Source: Tubiluchus corallicola
Lineage: Eukaryota > Animalia > Priapulida
NCBI GenBank assembly: GCA_030141605.1
Contig: JAQGDQ010000032.1
Location: 786,065 to 850,064 of the forward strand
Length of the DNA stretch: 64,000 bases
Direction of reading: 5' to 3'
Shown: in pieces, positions 1 to 14,100 of the stretch
Layout of the letters: each line of letters begins with the position of its first letter
Position numbering within the stretch: position 1 is the first letter of the stretch
Program-made: the position numbers and the translations under genes
Notes under the pieces: generated by a model
Databases searched by the model: none
Told to the model about the DNA's origin: nothing
What the model saw: the letters and a program-made list of their open reading frames with translations, nothing else

Positions 1-29
1 ACGAATTCCTCATCGACTAACGAAAACGA

Positions 30-305
30 ATTTTCGATCCGCCATTTTGAATTGAAAACGTCTTTTTCCAAAGAACCCGAATGCTTTGCCAGGTCACAAT
101 AGATCATCATGAAACTTCACAGGAATATATTAGAACAAATTCCGCATCAACTGGTGAAGTTGGATTTTCAATCCGCCATTTCAGATTCAAGATGTCGGAG
201 AGGGTACCAATCGAAAAAAAAGTTTCGCCAATTTGAAATAGTTGAAATGAAATTTATAGAAATATACTAGAACAAATTTTGCATCGCGAACTTGCCTGTA
301 TAGTT
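30..305. repeat. Degenerate ~135-bp tandem repeat (likely internal repeat of a non-autonomous transposon), truncated by window start
   Basis: tccgccattt at 38 and 172; gaaa(c/t)tt...aatata(t/c)tagaacaaatt..gcatc at ~111-148 and ~249-285. Confidence 0.45.
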
Positions 306-866
306 TATAATTCTATAATGTCATTCTAAAGCTGGTTCGTAACGGAAATTAAATGCAAACGGGTAGCCAGACGTTTGCAAATTATTAACAACAAGTCATA
401 AAAAGCTTTACAAACTGTAGAAGGGAGATTAAAAATCTCGGCTTTGCGGATTTATTTAGGAAGAAACTTAATCACAGAAAATTATTGCTTTCTTACCGGA
501 TGAAGGATTAATTCCTCCAGCCATTTTCTCCTATGTGCTTTCCTGTTAAGCGCCCAACTTTTAAGCTTTAAAATTAATTGCAAGCTTTTAGTAATTTTCA
601 GTGTTTTCATAATTAACAATGTAAACCTATTCGCGGCGTTGACTAATTATGTTAATTTATGTTTCAGGTATCACAATGACTTCCCTTGGGAAATTTCCAA
701 ATTCCTTGATGAATTAACAAAAAAACTTGCCATTCAAAATGAGAATTCGTATCCTGCTGTAAAATGCCTCTGTTGGATTTATTCAAATGCCAGTAATTAG
801 AATTTGAATTGAAAGTCTGGTCAGCGTGTAGTTTTAAAGATTTGCGCCAGGGCTGTGAAACCGAAG

Positions 867-1610
867 ATGGCAAATATATCTTTACAGTCTGCAAACATTG
901 TGGTAAAAGTCAACTTCCTCATATTTCTAATTGTATTTCTCCTGGAGCTTGTGGTCTCGCTCACAAAAGAACCTTGTGCACTCATTCACCAAGCTTGTGA
1001 AAACAGCATGCGTTGCAGTCACGCCAAATTCAACATGGAAGTCGGTTGTGAGGGTGTGTTGGACCGACGGCGTCCAACAAATTGCTCACTGATCTGTCAA
1101 AAAGCTTTCGTCACTCTGGCTTCCACAAAGCAGGGCTTCAATTTGCTTGAAAACTGTGATTGCGGACGTGACACGCAGTGCCGTCTGATACGCAACGTCT
1201 ATGCGAACATTTGCGCAAGCCGCATACCGCGCGATACGCCCGCAAAGACGACGATTGAATGCCGAAAAGCCAAGTGGTATTGCGAAAGTAACGATCTGTG
1301 TAACGCCACTTTAAACTATCATTTTGAAAAGTGTAGAAACTTGATATTAGGGAGAGAGTGTTCTAGAAAATGCAACGAATCTTTAGCTTTGTTATATAAA
1401 AATCGCATAGCGCAGAACTATTTGCGGCACTGTGACTGCGAAGATTCAATGTGTGCGCGTTATCAGGACAACATAAATAAACTGTGTTTTGGTCAAACAT
1501 CCAGATGTAACAGCTTACATCATAAACGCAGTGAAAGTAAACTTTTACGTTCCCTTCTCCAGATTTCGTCGATAATCGTACTACACTTGTTTGTCAAATT
1601 TTATATGTAA
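867..1610 (+). CDS. GAS1: GAS1-like (growth arrest-specific 1; GDNF-receptor/GAS1 domain) GPI-anchored protein, single coding exon, 247 aa
   Basis: ATG at 867 (the ORF track starts at an upstream GTG). N-terminal hydrophobic signal (FLIFLIVFLLELVVSL), two Cys-rich GFRa/GAS1-type modules (CALIHQACENSMRC...CSLICQKAFVTL...CDC...C and CRKAKWYCESNDLC...CSRKCNESLALL...CDC...C), hydrophobic C-terminal GPI-type tail (ISSIIVLHLFVKFYM). A branch/acceptor-like ctaat...gtttcag ends at 667 upstream. Confidence 0.85.
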   Translation: MANISLQSANIVVKVNFLIFLIVFLLELVVSLTKEPCALIHQACENSMRCSHAKFNMEVGCEGVLDRRRPTNCSLICQKAFVTLASTKQGFNLLENCDCGRDTQCRLIRNVYANICASRIPRDTPAKTTIECRKAKWYCESNDLCNATLNYHFEKCRNLILGRECSRKCNESLALLYKNRIAQNYLRHCDCEDSMCARYQDNINKLCFGQTSRCNSLHHKRSESKLLRSLLQISSIIVLHLFVKFYM

Positions 1611-4600
1611 GATTTATGGACAATTTCAGTCTGTAATTCGATTCAGATAATTTAGTTACTTGTGTAAAAATGCTAAGCTGTGCCTGACATTTGTAGGTAC
1701 CGTCACCTGTCCTTCAAATTGTTTGAATTGATTGTTTTAAAAACTTTTTATGGAACAGAATAATTAAAATCTGAAATCAACTGAATCCCTGAGTCTGTCA
1801 GTGACTCAGTGGTGCCACCTTGGTCTAAGCTCAAATAGCAGCCACCTGTAAGTAGTCTTGGCTCTTTGTGCTTTTATCTGTAATCTTTTAACTCATCTCT
1901 GAACATTGAAGTTCAAAGTTGAAGTAACCTGGCGACAGTTGTCTAAACTACGTCACAACGTCTTCTCACCAAACTTGCTAGTTTTAGAGAGAAAGTCACA
2001 TCTGCTAACTTTCTATGTAAATGTCCTTGTTTATAAGTACTTGTATATGTATATCTATTTGAGTTATTTCTTTTTCTATTACTTTATTTTTTCTGCACTT
2101 CTGTTTGTACATATATTTTCATGGTGCAGATTCATGTATCAGTTTTAAAAATTGTGTAAGCTAAATCAAACAAACTAAGTTTAAACTAACCTGCCGCGCA
2201 TGGACCTGCTGGTTTTTAACGTAAAAAGATCAATGAACCTAAGTCTACTAAAAATTGAATTCTAATCTTGTCTCCTCTAATAAAGTGACGCGTCTACGTG
2301 TTTACTTAAATCAAAAACAAAATTCTAACTCTGCCATTCGACTACGGTTTTATATTCTTACTGACTTCTTCTGGGTGTGCAAAATTCGGGGGAAGTTGAT
2401 CAGTTTGGTTATGTGCAATTCGGCGCCCAGCATTTCTTTTTTTGAATGATTACCGCAGAAGTATGATTTTGAAAAACACAATATGAATTTCTCGCATAAT
2501 TGCAAGTTAACTGGCAGTTTTATCAGACTGAAAAGCCCTGTGTTAATGAGTAATTTGAATTAAACATTTATTTCAGAATATTTTCGGTAGAAATAAATAA
2601 ATTCGGTTTTTATTCGTTTAGAGTCATTGTAAAAATATGTCGTTGCAAGCACATACAGAAAACTGAACGCGAATGTTATTTACACGGCTGCCAGTTTTAT
2701 TATTCTTTTTTATCTTATAGGCCTAATTTAAAAGAAATGAAGCGCGAGGCTCATGAAACACTAAATTTTAATGTTTTTGTAAGAGTCCTTGCCTTGATGT
2801 TGTGCATTATTCTATAGTTGTTTTAGCAATACTGTGATATTATGTACTTTTACGTTATATGTTTGTATAATTTATAACATATTTGTATTTAGTGGATATT
2901 TTTGAATACACTGCATGTATAATAGTGAATTAATGTTTATGCTAACAAATTAAGTGATCATGTGTTTGTGCCCAACATCCAGTACAGTAATTATTCTGTA
3001 AGACTAAATATGGTCAAAATAAGGACAAAGTTTTCAAAAAGAAACAATGCCGTAAAAATATGGTGAGATGCTGCTCAAATCAGAAAAATGTTTCAAAATG
3101 AACCTAAATTTTTGCATTATGACACCATAATGACCTAAGGACAATGTTACATTTAATTTACATAATTATAATTTTCCCACTAAATAATCTGGTATGACTA
3201 ACTAGTAGACTTTGTATGGTGTAATATTGGTATACTTATTTGTCAGTGCGCTGTTTGTTTTGGAACACCCTCTTGTTTTAAATTTAACTGCGTTAGGTTA
3301 CTGTTGACTGACTGAAACAAAGCGGAAAGACCACTTGCTAGTAGTTTTCTTACACTGAGTTAGTAAAAAGTTATATCTTTTCAAGTTTAAAGTTTTTAAA
3401 ACGAAACGAACGAGAAAATGTGTCCTTCTGCTTCCATGCACGGTGTTATTTATAAAGACCTTTTTTATAAAAATTGACGAAACAGATATGCTTAAACCCT
3501 CCATAACCCACGTCCTGATAAGCCAGCATTTAAATGATCTAAGTAACTTTTATTTTTAAAAAGTTCTTCGATGAGGAAATCAATGCAAAATGGAGACGTG
3601 TGCTATATTTTCCCATAATTATGTGAAAGTTATATTATTTTACTTACGGAATCCCACAGAGTTAAATCAGTGCGTGCGTTTCACAATAATTGCAACACTG
3701 ATAATGTGTTCTAAAATCTTTGTCGAAGGATTGGCAGTGCAGACATTCATATTTATCACACAGGTCTATAATTATAATAATAATATATATTTATAATAAT
3801 TATAATATATTTCTAATGTAAGGTACAGATTTTGAACAGAGATTGAAGAGAGATCGAAATTGAACGGAGTTTATCGCAATTATACGTTCTAGAAAAAGTA
3901 ATGTATTTAAAATACTGTTTAGCTTTTAGGCTGTTGCGTTACATGTACACAGGTTTGACAAATTGTTAATAGCCTATATGACAGCATAACGATACTTAAT
4001 ACTTACATGAACGTTATAACGGACGCTCATGTCTTTGTATTACGATGACATTTTTAATAAAAAAAATCTTCAATTCAGATTTTTATGAGCAAGTTTTTTG
4101 TAAACAACAGGTTTAAAATTTCATTTAGAATGCGTTTATTCTATAAGTGCTTGGCTAACTTACGAACACAATAAGAGTTATTAGTGACAAATAAGTAATT
4201 AAACCATTTGTGGTTATGAATCTCTTACGATACGTAACTCTGAGTGAGACTAAATTATTTACTCATCTGAAAAACAATTTTTAATGAGAGGCTAATTTTA
4301 TCACGATGGTTCGGCAACTTAATTCAGCCCGCAATCCAGTTGGTATTCGAAATAAAACACCTCGGCCCGGTGTTTGTTTTGGGCCTGTGCAGATGGGGAG
4401 AAGAAGAAATGCAAAGGAAAGAAGGAATGGATTTGCGTGAATTAAGCTGTACCAACGCTACTCGTTTAATTATAACAATCTGATACTCTAGACACAGATT
4501 CCTGTCTCTCCTGGACATCACCTTCTCCTGCTTAAGGAGTTAGTTAAAAAAGAAAATATTTTTGGTTGTGTTAGTTAGATGATTCTGCAGATGACGATAA

Positions 4601-4659
4601 TGACGACTATAACAACGACGATGACGATTGTGATGATTTAAATGCAGTCATAAAACGGT

Positions 4660-5430
4660 ATTCATCATCTGCTGATTTCTTTCAAGAGCTACGCTTGGTC
4701 ACAGCTCTTTTCTTAGAGCCTCTTTTCACTCAGCTTCCTCAAATGCTCAGCATTATCTCTTAAAATCCTTCATACTAGTTTCTCAGAAGTATTTGTGATG
4801 GCTTAGTGAGTCATCTAGGCAGTTCCTCTAACAGCTTCTCCTGTCCGTCCTTTGTTATGACATGCGTAATCCCTATACACATTTTATGATCTACATTACC
4901 AACAGGCCTGTAAGACCAGCACTGATCCCTTCTCAATTCACTCATGTTGACTTTGCTGAGAATTCCGTATAAAAAATTAGAAAGCAAGTCACGTATCTGC
5001 GTTAACGTCCTAGGGGATTTACCTAGGGAATTTAACTCAACTAAGCAAGTGCCGACGTCTAGAGGGACCCTTGTGGCTCATTTCAGGACACCAGAACTTT
5101 TGTCCAACATTATTCTTCAAGAATTTTTTTGGTGTATAGCCATTGACATTATAGTCAGTAGTTACTGAACATAAACAATTGGATGTTTCAAAGGCCCTTG
5201 TTAGTTTTTAAAGTTCATTAAAGCAGTTACAACAGAAAACCAAATGACAAATTGGTGGCTGAGTGATTCTATGTGATTCATGAGAATTTTAGTGGCATCA
5301 AACTTTGCTTTATAAGTCTACTGCAGCGATTTTAATTTGCACTTGTATACCACATTCTTTTCTAGGCGTAGCAATATGATGCTTCACCTTTCCACCTCGT
5401 TTTCTAGAGTAAGCATGGCAGCAGAAGAAA
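4660..5430 (-). mobile_element. Highly decayed 3' fragment of an RTE-clade LINE
   Basis: Minus-strand peptide remnants resembling the RTE ORF C-terminus (KVKHHIATPRK ~ EIKRRIAxAR; SKVNMSELRR ~ DKVxNEEVLRR; THVITKDGQEKLL ~ GHVMRKDGLEKL), many stops, short GAT-repeat tail. Confidence 0.4.
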
Positions 5431-6177
5431 ACAGCGCAAATTCAAATATAGACTGAGTTAGAGTTTTTCCGTAAGTTGAATGTTGTTAGTCGATTAGCTG
5501 CAGAGAAAATTAAAAATTAAATTTGCGAGTGACCTAAAGAATACTCTATATTTTTTGATATTAGTGTGAAAGATTTTGAAGACTAAACACCGAGTAAGCT
5601 CGTTTCTTGTAGATTCCCATGGCCTGGAGTTGAGTGTCCTAAAAGGAACAAATACTTTTAGAAGGTACTCCAAATGCCCCACTTCAATGAATGACACTCA
5701 CATAATGCAAGAATGACGTGCAGCACCTCCTTCACTCTGTGCCTAATTTTGACGTAGAAAGGTACCCATTGAACAATAATTACTGCCATTTGCGTGACGC
5801 TAAGAGGTCACTGAATGATTTAGAGTGCCGCTAATAAGTGTTTGTCACTATAGAAGCCATTATTGGTCTAATAGGGTGATTTGCATATCCTGTATAAGGC
5901 TTCACCGAGGATTCATTTACTCAAGTCGATAAATCTGCCTCTTAGTCCTGTATGGCAGCTTAACCTTTACTGGTTGACGTATGAAGACGAGACAGTATAA
6001 GCTGCAATGGCATGAGTAATCCTTATAAACGACTAGGGATTGTATGAGGTTTGGCGGAAAAATTTACAGAAAACCTACTTCACTAGAAAAACTAAGAAAA
6101 GTTATGACATCTTGACACACAGCACTTTAATATGGTATAATAATTCGTCAGCGTTTATAATGTGATTCCGCAAGTTC

Positions 6178-6265
6178 GTCCTGGGTGGGGTGGCCGAGTG
6201 GCCTAGATTTCGGACTCCAACCTAGGAGTCTTCAGTTCAAGTTTAGCGGCTGCCAACCCCAGGAC
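6178..6265 (+). mobile_element. tRNA-like Pol III element (tRNA-derived SINE head or tRNA pseudogene)
   Basis: A-box TGGCCGAGTGG (6191-6201) and B-box-like GTTCAAGT (6235-42) at tRNA spacing; the cloverleaf stems are degenerate. Confidence 0.45.
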
Positions 6266-7304
6266 ATATACCCTACATGTTATTCGTTGTTGTGAATTGC
6301 CGTAAATGAGCATTGCTAAATAGCCATTAGTGCTAATGTTGTCTATTAAACGAGCGACGGTAAATAAATGTTGCTTAGTATTTGTCTACAGATAAAACTG
6401 CGTGATTTTATGTTTAAAATAAATAAGCATTTAGTACTCAAAAAGCGTCTAACTAGATGACTGATACTGCTTGTTCAGATTTGATGACTCCTTTGATGAT
6501 TACTTGTTTTAGAAATACACATTTTGTTATTCATGGCTTGTTATCCAAGTTACCCAACATAAGCAACAGCAATTTTTCTAAGCTTTCGTAGACTTATAAT
6601 TAACACTAGCGATTTTGTATCAAAAAGTTCGCTAAATCGAAAGGTTTAGTCAGGAAAGTGCACTTCGGTCTGACTATGGGCTACATCAGAATCCCCAACC
6701 TGAGATGCAGCACCCCCAAGATATGCGTATTGGCAGTTTAGAAGTGGAAAAAAATACAGATTATGACAATTCATTTCTTTGTTTGTTTTACACATTACTA
6801 ATCATTGGAAGCGTTATTTTAGAATTATCTGTTCATAAAATTTACTACTGTTTTGAGATATTAGAGACACTATTCCCTGAATTTGTTTGTTTTTTGTTTG
6901 TATTTGTCAAGCAGGTATTGAGTTGAAATTGTTCAGTCATGAATCAAGCCAACAACGGATAACTCGTGTGTAATATAAATTGAGCGCTACTATTCATTAG
7001 TTTTGCGATGTGTTTCTTCGACGTTTACGACTCCCCACAACAGCGGTCACGCAGTTCTCATTAATTAGGAGTTATGTCGTTGCGCGCAATAATAGCACAG
7101 TAACATCATTCTCATTAAAGCTAATTCGCAAGAATAATATGTAATGTCATTAGTAACACAACGCGATCTCTCTTCTATTTGTTGTTATTGTATAATTATT
7201 TCTCGCGAATCGTTGATTACATCACTCTGGGATGAGCGTTGGGATTGTTCTTCACAGCATGTAGTACATGAACAAGATGACAATCCTAGCCATTCATTCT
7301 CATC

Positions 7305-7314
7305 CTCTCTCCTC

Positions 7315-7409
<95 letters not shown>
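7305..7409. repeat. (CT)n microsatellite
   Basis: About 50 CT units, directly visible. Confidence 0.98.
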
Positions 7410-7412
<3 letters not shown>

Positions 7413-7904
7413 TTTTCTTGTTTTCGTACTGTGACATTTTCGCACTGCAACAATATTTTAAACAAACAAACGTCCACCAATCACCGACTGATTGACAAAC
7501 GTCTTTTACGAAGAAGAACAGGAAATAACAGTAGAATTCAACGGATGAAAATAGAATAAAAAAGCACATCAGAATAGAGTAATATAGGAGGGGATGGGAC
7601 GGGAAAGGGAAAGGGATGGGGCGGAACGGACTTAACTTAAAGTAGCGTAATTAACATGACATCACATAATCTAACAGGAAAGACAGATCAGCATAGACAT
7701 TTATGTTTCTCATGAATTTTTCTAAATTTTGGGTAAATGCTATTTTTCAGCTGTTTGGATAATGAATATCATGATTTGCAAGGAAATATTTTTTTCTGAC
7801 AGCGGGTCATCTATAGTTTTACCTACCTAAATGTAGCAACTAACATCGCGAAGTTACTGAAGATATATTAGAGAACATAGGCAATACAATTCTGCGTGCT
7901 TATT

Positions 7905-8186
7905 ATTGTGTGTTTACCAAGCAAACGGGTGCTATGGCAGACGAAAATGCGTCCAGGCAAGTATGTTTGCACCATACATATAGGTTTGTTTAGGTATGTT
8001 TTAAAATAATTTTATTAAATAGGTTTTAACAATTGTATATTTATTTTTATAAATAGTAATAGATACGTTTTAATAGCGACACTACTTCTAACCTCTGTCA
8101 CATTCACTAATTTTATGGGGCACAAACAATGCTTGCTTGGATGCAGTTATATCTGCCACAGCACCCCTTTGCTTGCTAGTTACAAT
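7905..8186. mobile_element. Degenerate MITE/foldback element with ~70-bp inverted arms
   Basis: caagcaaacgggtgctatggcagacgaaaatgcgtccaggcaag (~7918-7961) is the diverged reverse complement of cttgcttggatgcagttatatctgccacagcacccctttgcttg (~8132-8175); AT-rich spacer. Confidence 0.6.
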
Positions 8187-11100
8187 ATTTAATAAGTTGT
8201 CGACGCTTCATAAGTTCTTATGCTTTAAAATGCAAAATCCAGTGATTTCCTTTTCAGTTCAGTAAAAGTTTTCCAGCCTTAATCAAATGGTGATAGTAAA
8301 ATTTAGGGCAGTTTTTAAAGCCAATAGTTCTGTTTGATGCACAACCCGTTCGGTATGCTCCAACACTGCATCCAATGACACTCTTTTCCTCGCGGACAAG
8401 GGCTTAGACAACTGTCACGTGATACATGTGTTGGCTTTGCCATACTAAAGTGCAGCAAAACGTTGAAACACAAGCATGAGGTAAGACAGCTGCTTAGCTC
8501 TAGGAATAATGATTAGAGATACCAAACTCTTCTGTTACTTTTTGAAATACTTACCATGTAAACTAGGCTTTTTTCTCTCCTGGCAAAATCTGAAATCTGA
8601 TCGTAACCAGTAAAAGCTGAGAGAGCTCGTTCTTTTTAAGGCCTGTGGCATTTGCAATTTCATGAAAAGCTGATACCTAAGGTATTTGGATGTTTCAGAC
8701 ATTATTTGTATCAATGTACCTAACGCACTACATGTATAATAATCTATACTGCTGTGCGTGTAATATTCATTTGAGGAACCGTACCAAGCGTCAAACATAA
8801 TCTTGCTATGTTCTAACAGTACATGCGTGTTAGTTGACAAACCAGCAGACTTTGTTCATAGTTTTTAAAAGATATGGCCCGTATGAGCTGGCAAAAGCCG
8901 TCTTGTCGGCCATCTGTGGCCATATTGGATAATTTTCGATTGACTCCATAACTGAAATTAATGATCTTAATGGGTTCTACTACTGTGTAAAGTTTCATGC
9001 TTTAAGTCAAAATGAGCATTTTTTCACCATTCTTGTAGACTACATACCCACTTTTTTGGTCAAATGGTGGCTGTCTTTTTTGACATAATTATTTGGCCAT
9101 CACAATTAAACCATTTCCGGTACTCATATATCGGCCTATTCTGGATACGTTATTCTCTAGACCAAATACTACAAAAAACACGAAAAAACGTCTTGCAATT
9201 TTTTGGAGTAAGTCAGCAAACTGACGCAACTAATGGAGCTAGCATCGATTCTGGAAGCTAATTCATTTCTCTACTCATTCGTATTGGGGTTATAGTATCT
9301 GCTAGAGTCACGCACGCTTTGTTTCTCAATGTTATTGCAGGATCACTTTCGAAAAAACACGCATTTGCGAGTGTGTAAACAGCTATGTCAATAAAACATT
9401 AACACCTTAGAAAGATCGCTCAATCACTCTTCATTACATTTTATGTCAGGTTTACGTATAAAAAACATTAGCATTAAATGCAAATATCGCCGACCATAAA
9501 ACTTGAAAATAGTCATGACTTCGTCGTTACTGAGGCCATAGTGATTACAAGATAGTCTTGTAGGAAGGAAAAGCTGGTAGCCGATCAAGTAGCGGGAAAT
9601 GAAAATCGTTCTTAATAATTTCTTAATCAGATCTTTTAGGATATTGTTTTATGATCTTTGACTTCAGCACAATGTTTTCTGTTCATAGATCAATGTTATC
9701 TGATTTCAAGCACAATTACACTGACTTCAAAATCAGTCTTGCACATCGCCAAATAAGCAAATCAGTAAAGAGCGGCTATAAAACCCGCTCCTTTATGCAG
9801 TCACTTAAATTAATTCTTCCATATTTTAATAATAATTTAGATTGGAAATAACATACTAAAGTCTAACGTTTAGAATTGTCAATTAAAAATCAACTAAGCT
9901 AAACCTACAGTACTTAGGACTCACTAATTTCAAAACAAAATTTAAAAAGGGACAGGATATTAAAATAAGCAGAAATATTAAAAGAATAGACGTTATGGCA
10001 AGTACATTTCACACATGCAATACTCTAGTAAATGATTGTAGCAATTTTCTGAAAACTGCGATGTGCAAATTTATCTTTCTCCCATGAAGATAAAGGTGAA
10101 TGTTAAAATAACAGTGATTTATCCGCACTGTCTGGCTTCCTTTTTGCAACAGTTTTTTACAAAGCTGTCAGTGAAGCCATTAGTTTCTCACGAGAGCTTC
10201 ACTACAAGAGAGCTATTAGATTAAAAAAAATTCCGATGACCTACATCCGGTGATTGAGGCTGTGCGAGGCTTGCGTGCTGTGCATCAGAGTAAAATAATA
10301 TTAACCCTTTCTTTTCAACAAAGTTATCACACATCCTAGTGAGTGCATTTTTCTTCTTGATAAGAAAAATTAAAAGAAAAACATTGTACGGTAATAAAAA
10401 ATGTTCGGTTTCAGTACAAAACTTTAGGCATATAACTTGTAGCCTATAAAAACAATTTCATCCACTGCCTTCTCTACGGTTAGGTATGATTTTAGCGCCC
10501 CGGATCGATTCAACAAAAATGTTGACCGGCACCGACTAAGAATCTTTTTCAATCGACGAAAGTTTGCAATTTTGAAAACTCATTTCTCAAATCTAGTTCA
10601 TTGTTATAGGGAACTGATAAGCTTCTCCTGAATCCTGGATTAATTAAACGTGTTTGACAAAAGACGGGTTGCGACAAATCGTCACAAATCACTTATCTGT
10701 GTAATGTACAAAGCCAGAGATCTTTCTTTACTTTACTATAGCTTGTGTTATATCCGTTAAACATATAGGCCTATTATAGGTATACTATAGTAGTCAAATT
10801 GCAAAATGTAATTGCAAAATTATAGTTACAGTAATCACGTCAATTACAGTAGTCACCTCAAATTTAAAAGGTTATTTGGTCGATCTTTATCAGTCTTTTA
10901 CTAAAATCCAAATTGTTTTTGATCGATTCAGTTTTCACCGCTTAGCGTACCGTCTATGATGCCCATTTTTAGGATGATGTCCCAGCTGCCTGATCAACCT
11001 TTCTGAAGCAAAATAAACCACGCGCCTGATCACCCTTGTCCAAATGCCTAGTTGATTCGTGGCTTTAAAACGGCATTTTATCCTACCTACTATCTAACTA

Positions 11101-14100
11101 GCATCTACCTACATACATACTCCTTCCCATCATTACATGATTTAAACGGCAAAGCTGTGTTTCAGATACACATAAATGCTTCGTCAGTCGTAAGTACCTG
11201 AAAGCAGTATGAAACAGCGTAGAAGCATTTTTTTCTAGGGATCACCTATGCACTTACTAACCAAGCACGCCTCAACTATTCAAGTATTCCTCATATATAC
11301 AGTGCATATCTTTGCATGTACCGACTACATAGCTGCTTGGGAACCAATGACCTACCTGCCTACGTACGCCCATCAACCTATATGTGTGACTATCTGATTT
11401 GACGTAGATCGCTCCGCCAAGTGTTAGGCTACGGAAATGGAACAAATTTCATTGTTCCATTCCATATTGAATGCCCGAGTTACGTGGTTACATAGGGCGA
11501 TAAGTCCCAATGGCAGCTTTTGACCGTGATTATTACCAGAAAAACAGGGTAAATTAACTAATATTACATTTGATGTATAATATAAGCTTTGACCACATTT
11601 GAATTAATTTTGGCTGTGAAGATCTCATTGAGGTTTATAAAAACTGGCCAGAAAAGAAAACATTCTGTTTTGTACTTATTTAAAGTTAAGCAAATAATTG
11701 TTTTTATCTAACTTGCAAAGCCATAAACTAAACTAAACTGCGCATTTTCTTGATTGCAAAATGGTTTAATCAGCAACTCATAGACGTAAGCGTTGTACAT
11801 TTCTTCCTATAAACGAAACTAGACTATATATTTCCACTAATTCACTTGCAATTTCAATAGAGTGAGTAGACAATAATAAAATCTAGAACCAGGCAGATAT
11901 TTCTCCCGCTAACTGATGAAAAGTTAAGCATTTTTCATAACAGTATTAGACGGAGCTGTAGCTAAATGTCCCGAACGTACATGCGTTAAGTAAATGCATG
12001 GGTGTGAAATAACTTGCACGTTGATTGGGTAGTCAACGAAAATGATTGACATTATGTTAGACGTCAATAGCCTGCCCGCCTTTCTACCTACAATATCCGC
12101 CAGTCAGTATAGGACAGCAAGCGACCGAAGGACTATTGTAGGCCTACTTATAAGCTGACTAACTGATTATGATTGATTAACAGGATGACTATAGCCGACT
12201 GACCTGTTCGTTCGTTTGTTTGTTTGCGTGTATGTATGTATGTATGTTTGTTTGTTTGTTGCAACCTTCATTTCCCCTACTGGTCCATCCATTCGCCTAT
12301 GTATTTTTCTAATGTTTTTGGTTATTTATTTGCTCATTAAGTCAGTCTACTTAATTCTGAGGATTTTTCTGCATGAAGTCTGTTTGTTATACTGTTAAGT
12401 TATTATGCACACTAAATAATACAGTAAACATGAAAATAAACGAATAACACATATACGTATAAAAATTCACAGTGTAATTAGACAAGTAAATATAATACGA
12501 ACCAAAGCGACTACTCTGCCGTTTCTCAGACAATCCCTTTGCCTACAATTTAATATGCAACTTGTGAATCTGTCCACTGTAAGATAGTGATTATCTAAAG
12601 TTTTCTGTCTGGCTTATTCCCTTGAATTACCCGCCGGAAATTGCATGATTGTGAAGCAAATCCACGTTGTATGGATTTGACCCAAATCTTCCAAGGAAAA
12701 TCTCAAGATGACACAATTTTTCCCATCTAATTTAACACTTCATCTGCGCTAATCTGATCTCATTAAACAAAATTTGGGTTTCCACGATCCTCAAGCTTTG
12801 AGTTTGACAGCCTTTAACCGTTGCAACGTTGAGTATGAATTTAGGTATATCATCGATCAGTGTTTCTGATGCAGCTAATGCCAAAAATGACAATTTACAT
12901 CGATGCAATTCGCAACAGTCATGCTCTTCTATTCATAAAAACGTTAAGGCAGGTTCACATTTATCCGAAACAGTGGAAATAAAGAACAATCGGATATTAA
13001 ATGTGAACATACATGAAAGCGCTGGTGCGTTTCACACACATGCACACAATGTTAGGTGCAACCGTTGTGTTTCGGTTGACGATTGAGTAAAGGATGGAGG
13101 ATTACAAATGGTCATGAAAACACCGTTAAAAATAAATTTTAATAACTCGAGCGAAAACGCCGCACTTACTTAAGTGTTATTATTATTCTTTTACTATTTG
13201 ATGCAACTCACAAACACTTTGGTATATTATATTTGCAGCTGCAACAATAAATTAATAAATTAAGCTAAAGGAAATGACAAGTATCTCGGGAAGTTGAGCT
13301 TATGTTAACATTTGAGAAAATGTTAGAAAGTTTGAGTATTAAAACTGTGATAAGCGCTAGTAAAATCAATATAAACTCGCAACCACTTCACGCTTGGGCG
13401 CGCTCATTTTGAATGAAAAATGTCGTCATCTGGTTTCCGAGCAATATGAACAATTTTCCCGTCGGGTGCTTGAGTTAACTTTTTTGCAACTGCAAATTAC
13501 AATTAATTCAAAACGTTAAACGAGAGATTGTTAATACTAGTTTTTGCTTTTTGATGAATCCTGTTGCCTATTATGTAATGAAAACCAGTTACTGACGACA
13601 ATAATCTCCGCGCAAACTCAACTAGAACACGCTTACAAAGCTAGAGAATAATTATTTTAGGAAACTTAAAAACTGGTCTATATAAGCTAAATAAATCGCT
13701 CGGCACTATATGCTCGCAGCCGCGCAGAAATCCATGCGTATCTATAATTATATTACATGTAGTACATGTAGTACTTAAGCATTTTAAAGCAAAACCGGAC
13801 ACAATCTTGAACTGTAAGTCAAAACAATCTACTCTTTAAAATATTGAAAAGGAAGATACTATTTTTTCAAAAATGACCTACGTGAAAGAATTATTACGTA
13901 TTATTACAAACACAATTTACGTTCGCGCCACTAGTTCTTCGCCGTTACATGCATTTCGCCATTCGCTAGTTAAACGGGCACTAGCGCCTGTATTTGGGAG
14001 GTGCATTACACAAAAACAGGTACTGTACCTCTCAGTTCACAGTTCAGATGTGTTAGTTTCTGACGAACTCCGCACGTTCAATAGCTGATGTGTGGCACAG

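Noticed and set aside
7144-7569. ORFs with SLSLSL/ERERER runs
   Set aside because: Artefacts of the (CT)n microsatellite.
12733-12922. Minus-strand frame DCCELHRCKLSFLAL...VKGCQ, vaguely like a TGF-beta/GDNF cystine knot
   Set aside because: Lacks the conserved CxGxC and terminal CxC spacing, and has no convincing splice context.
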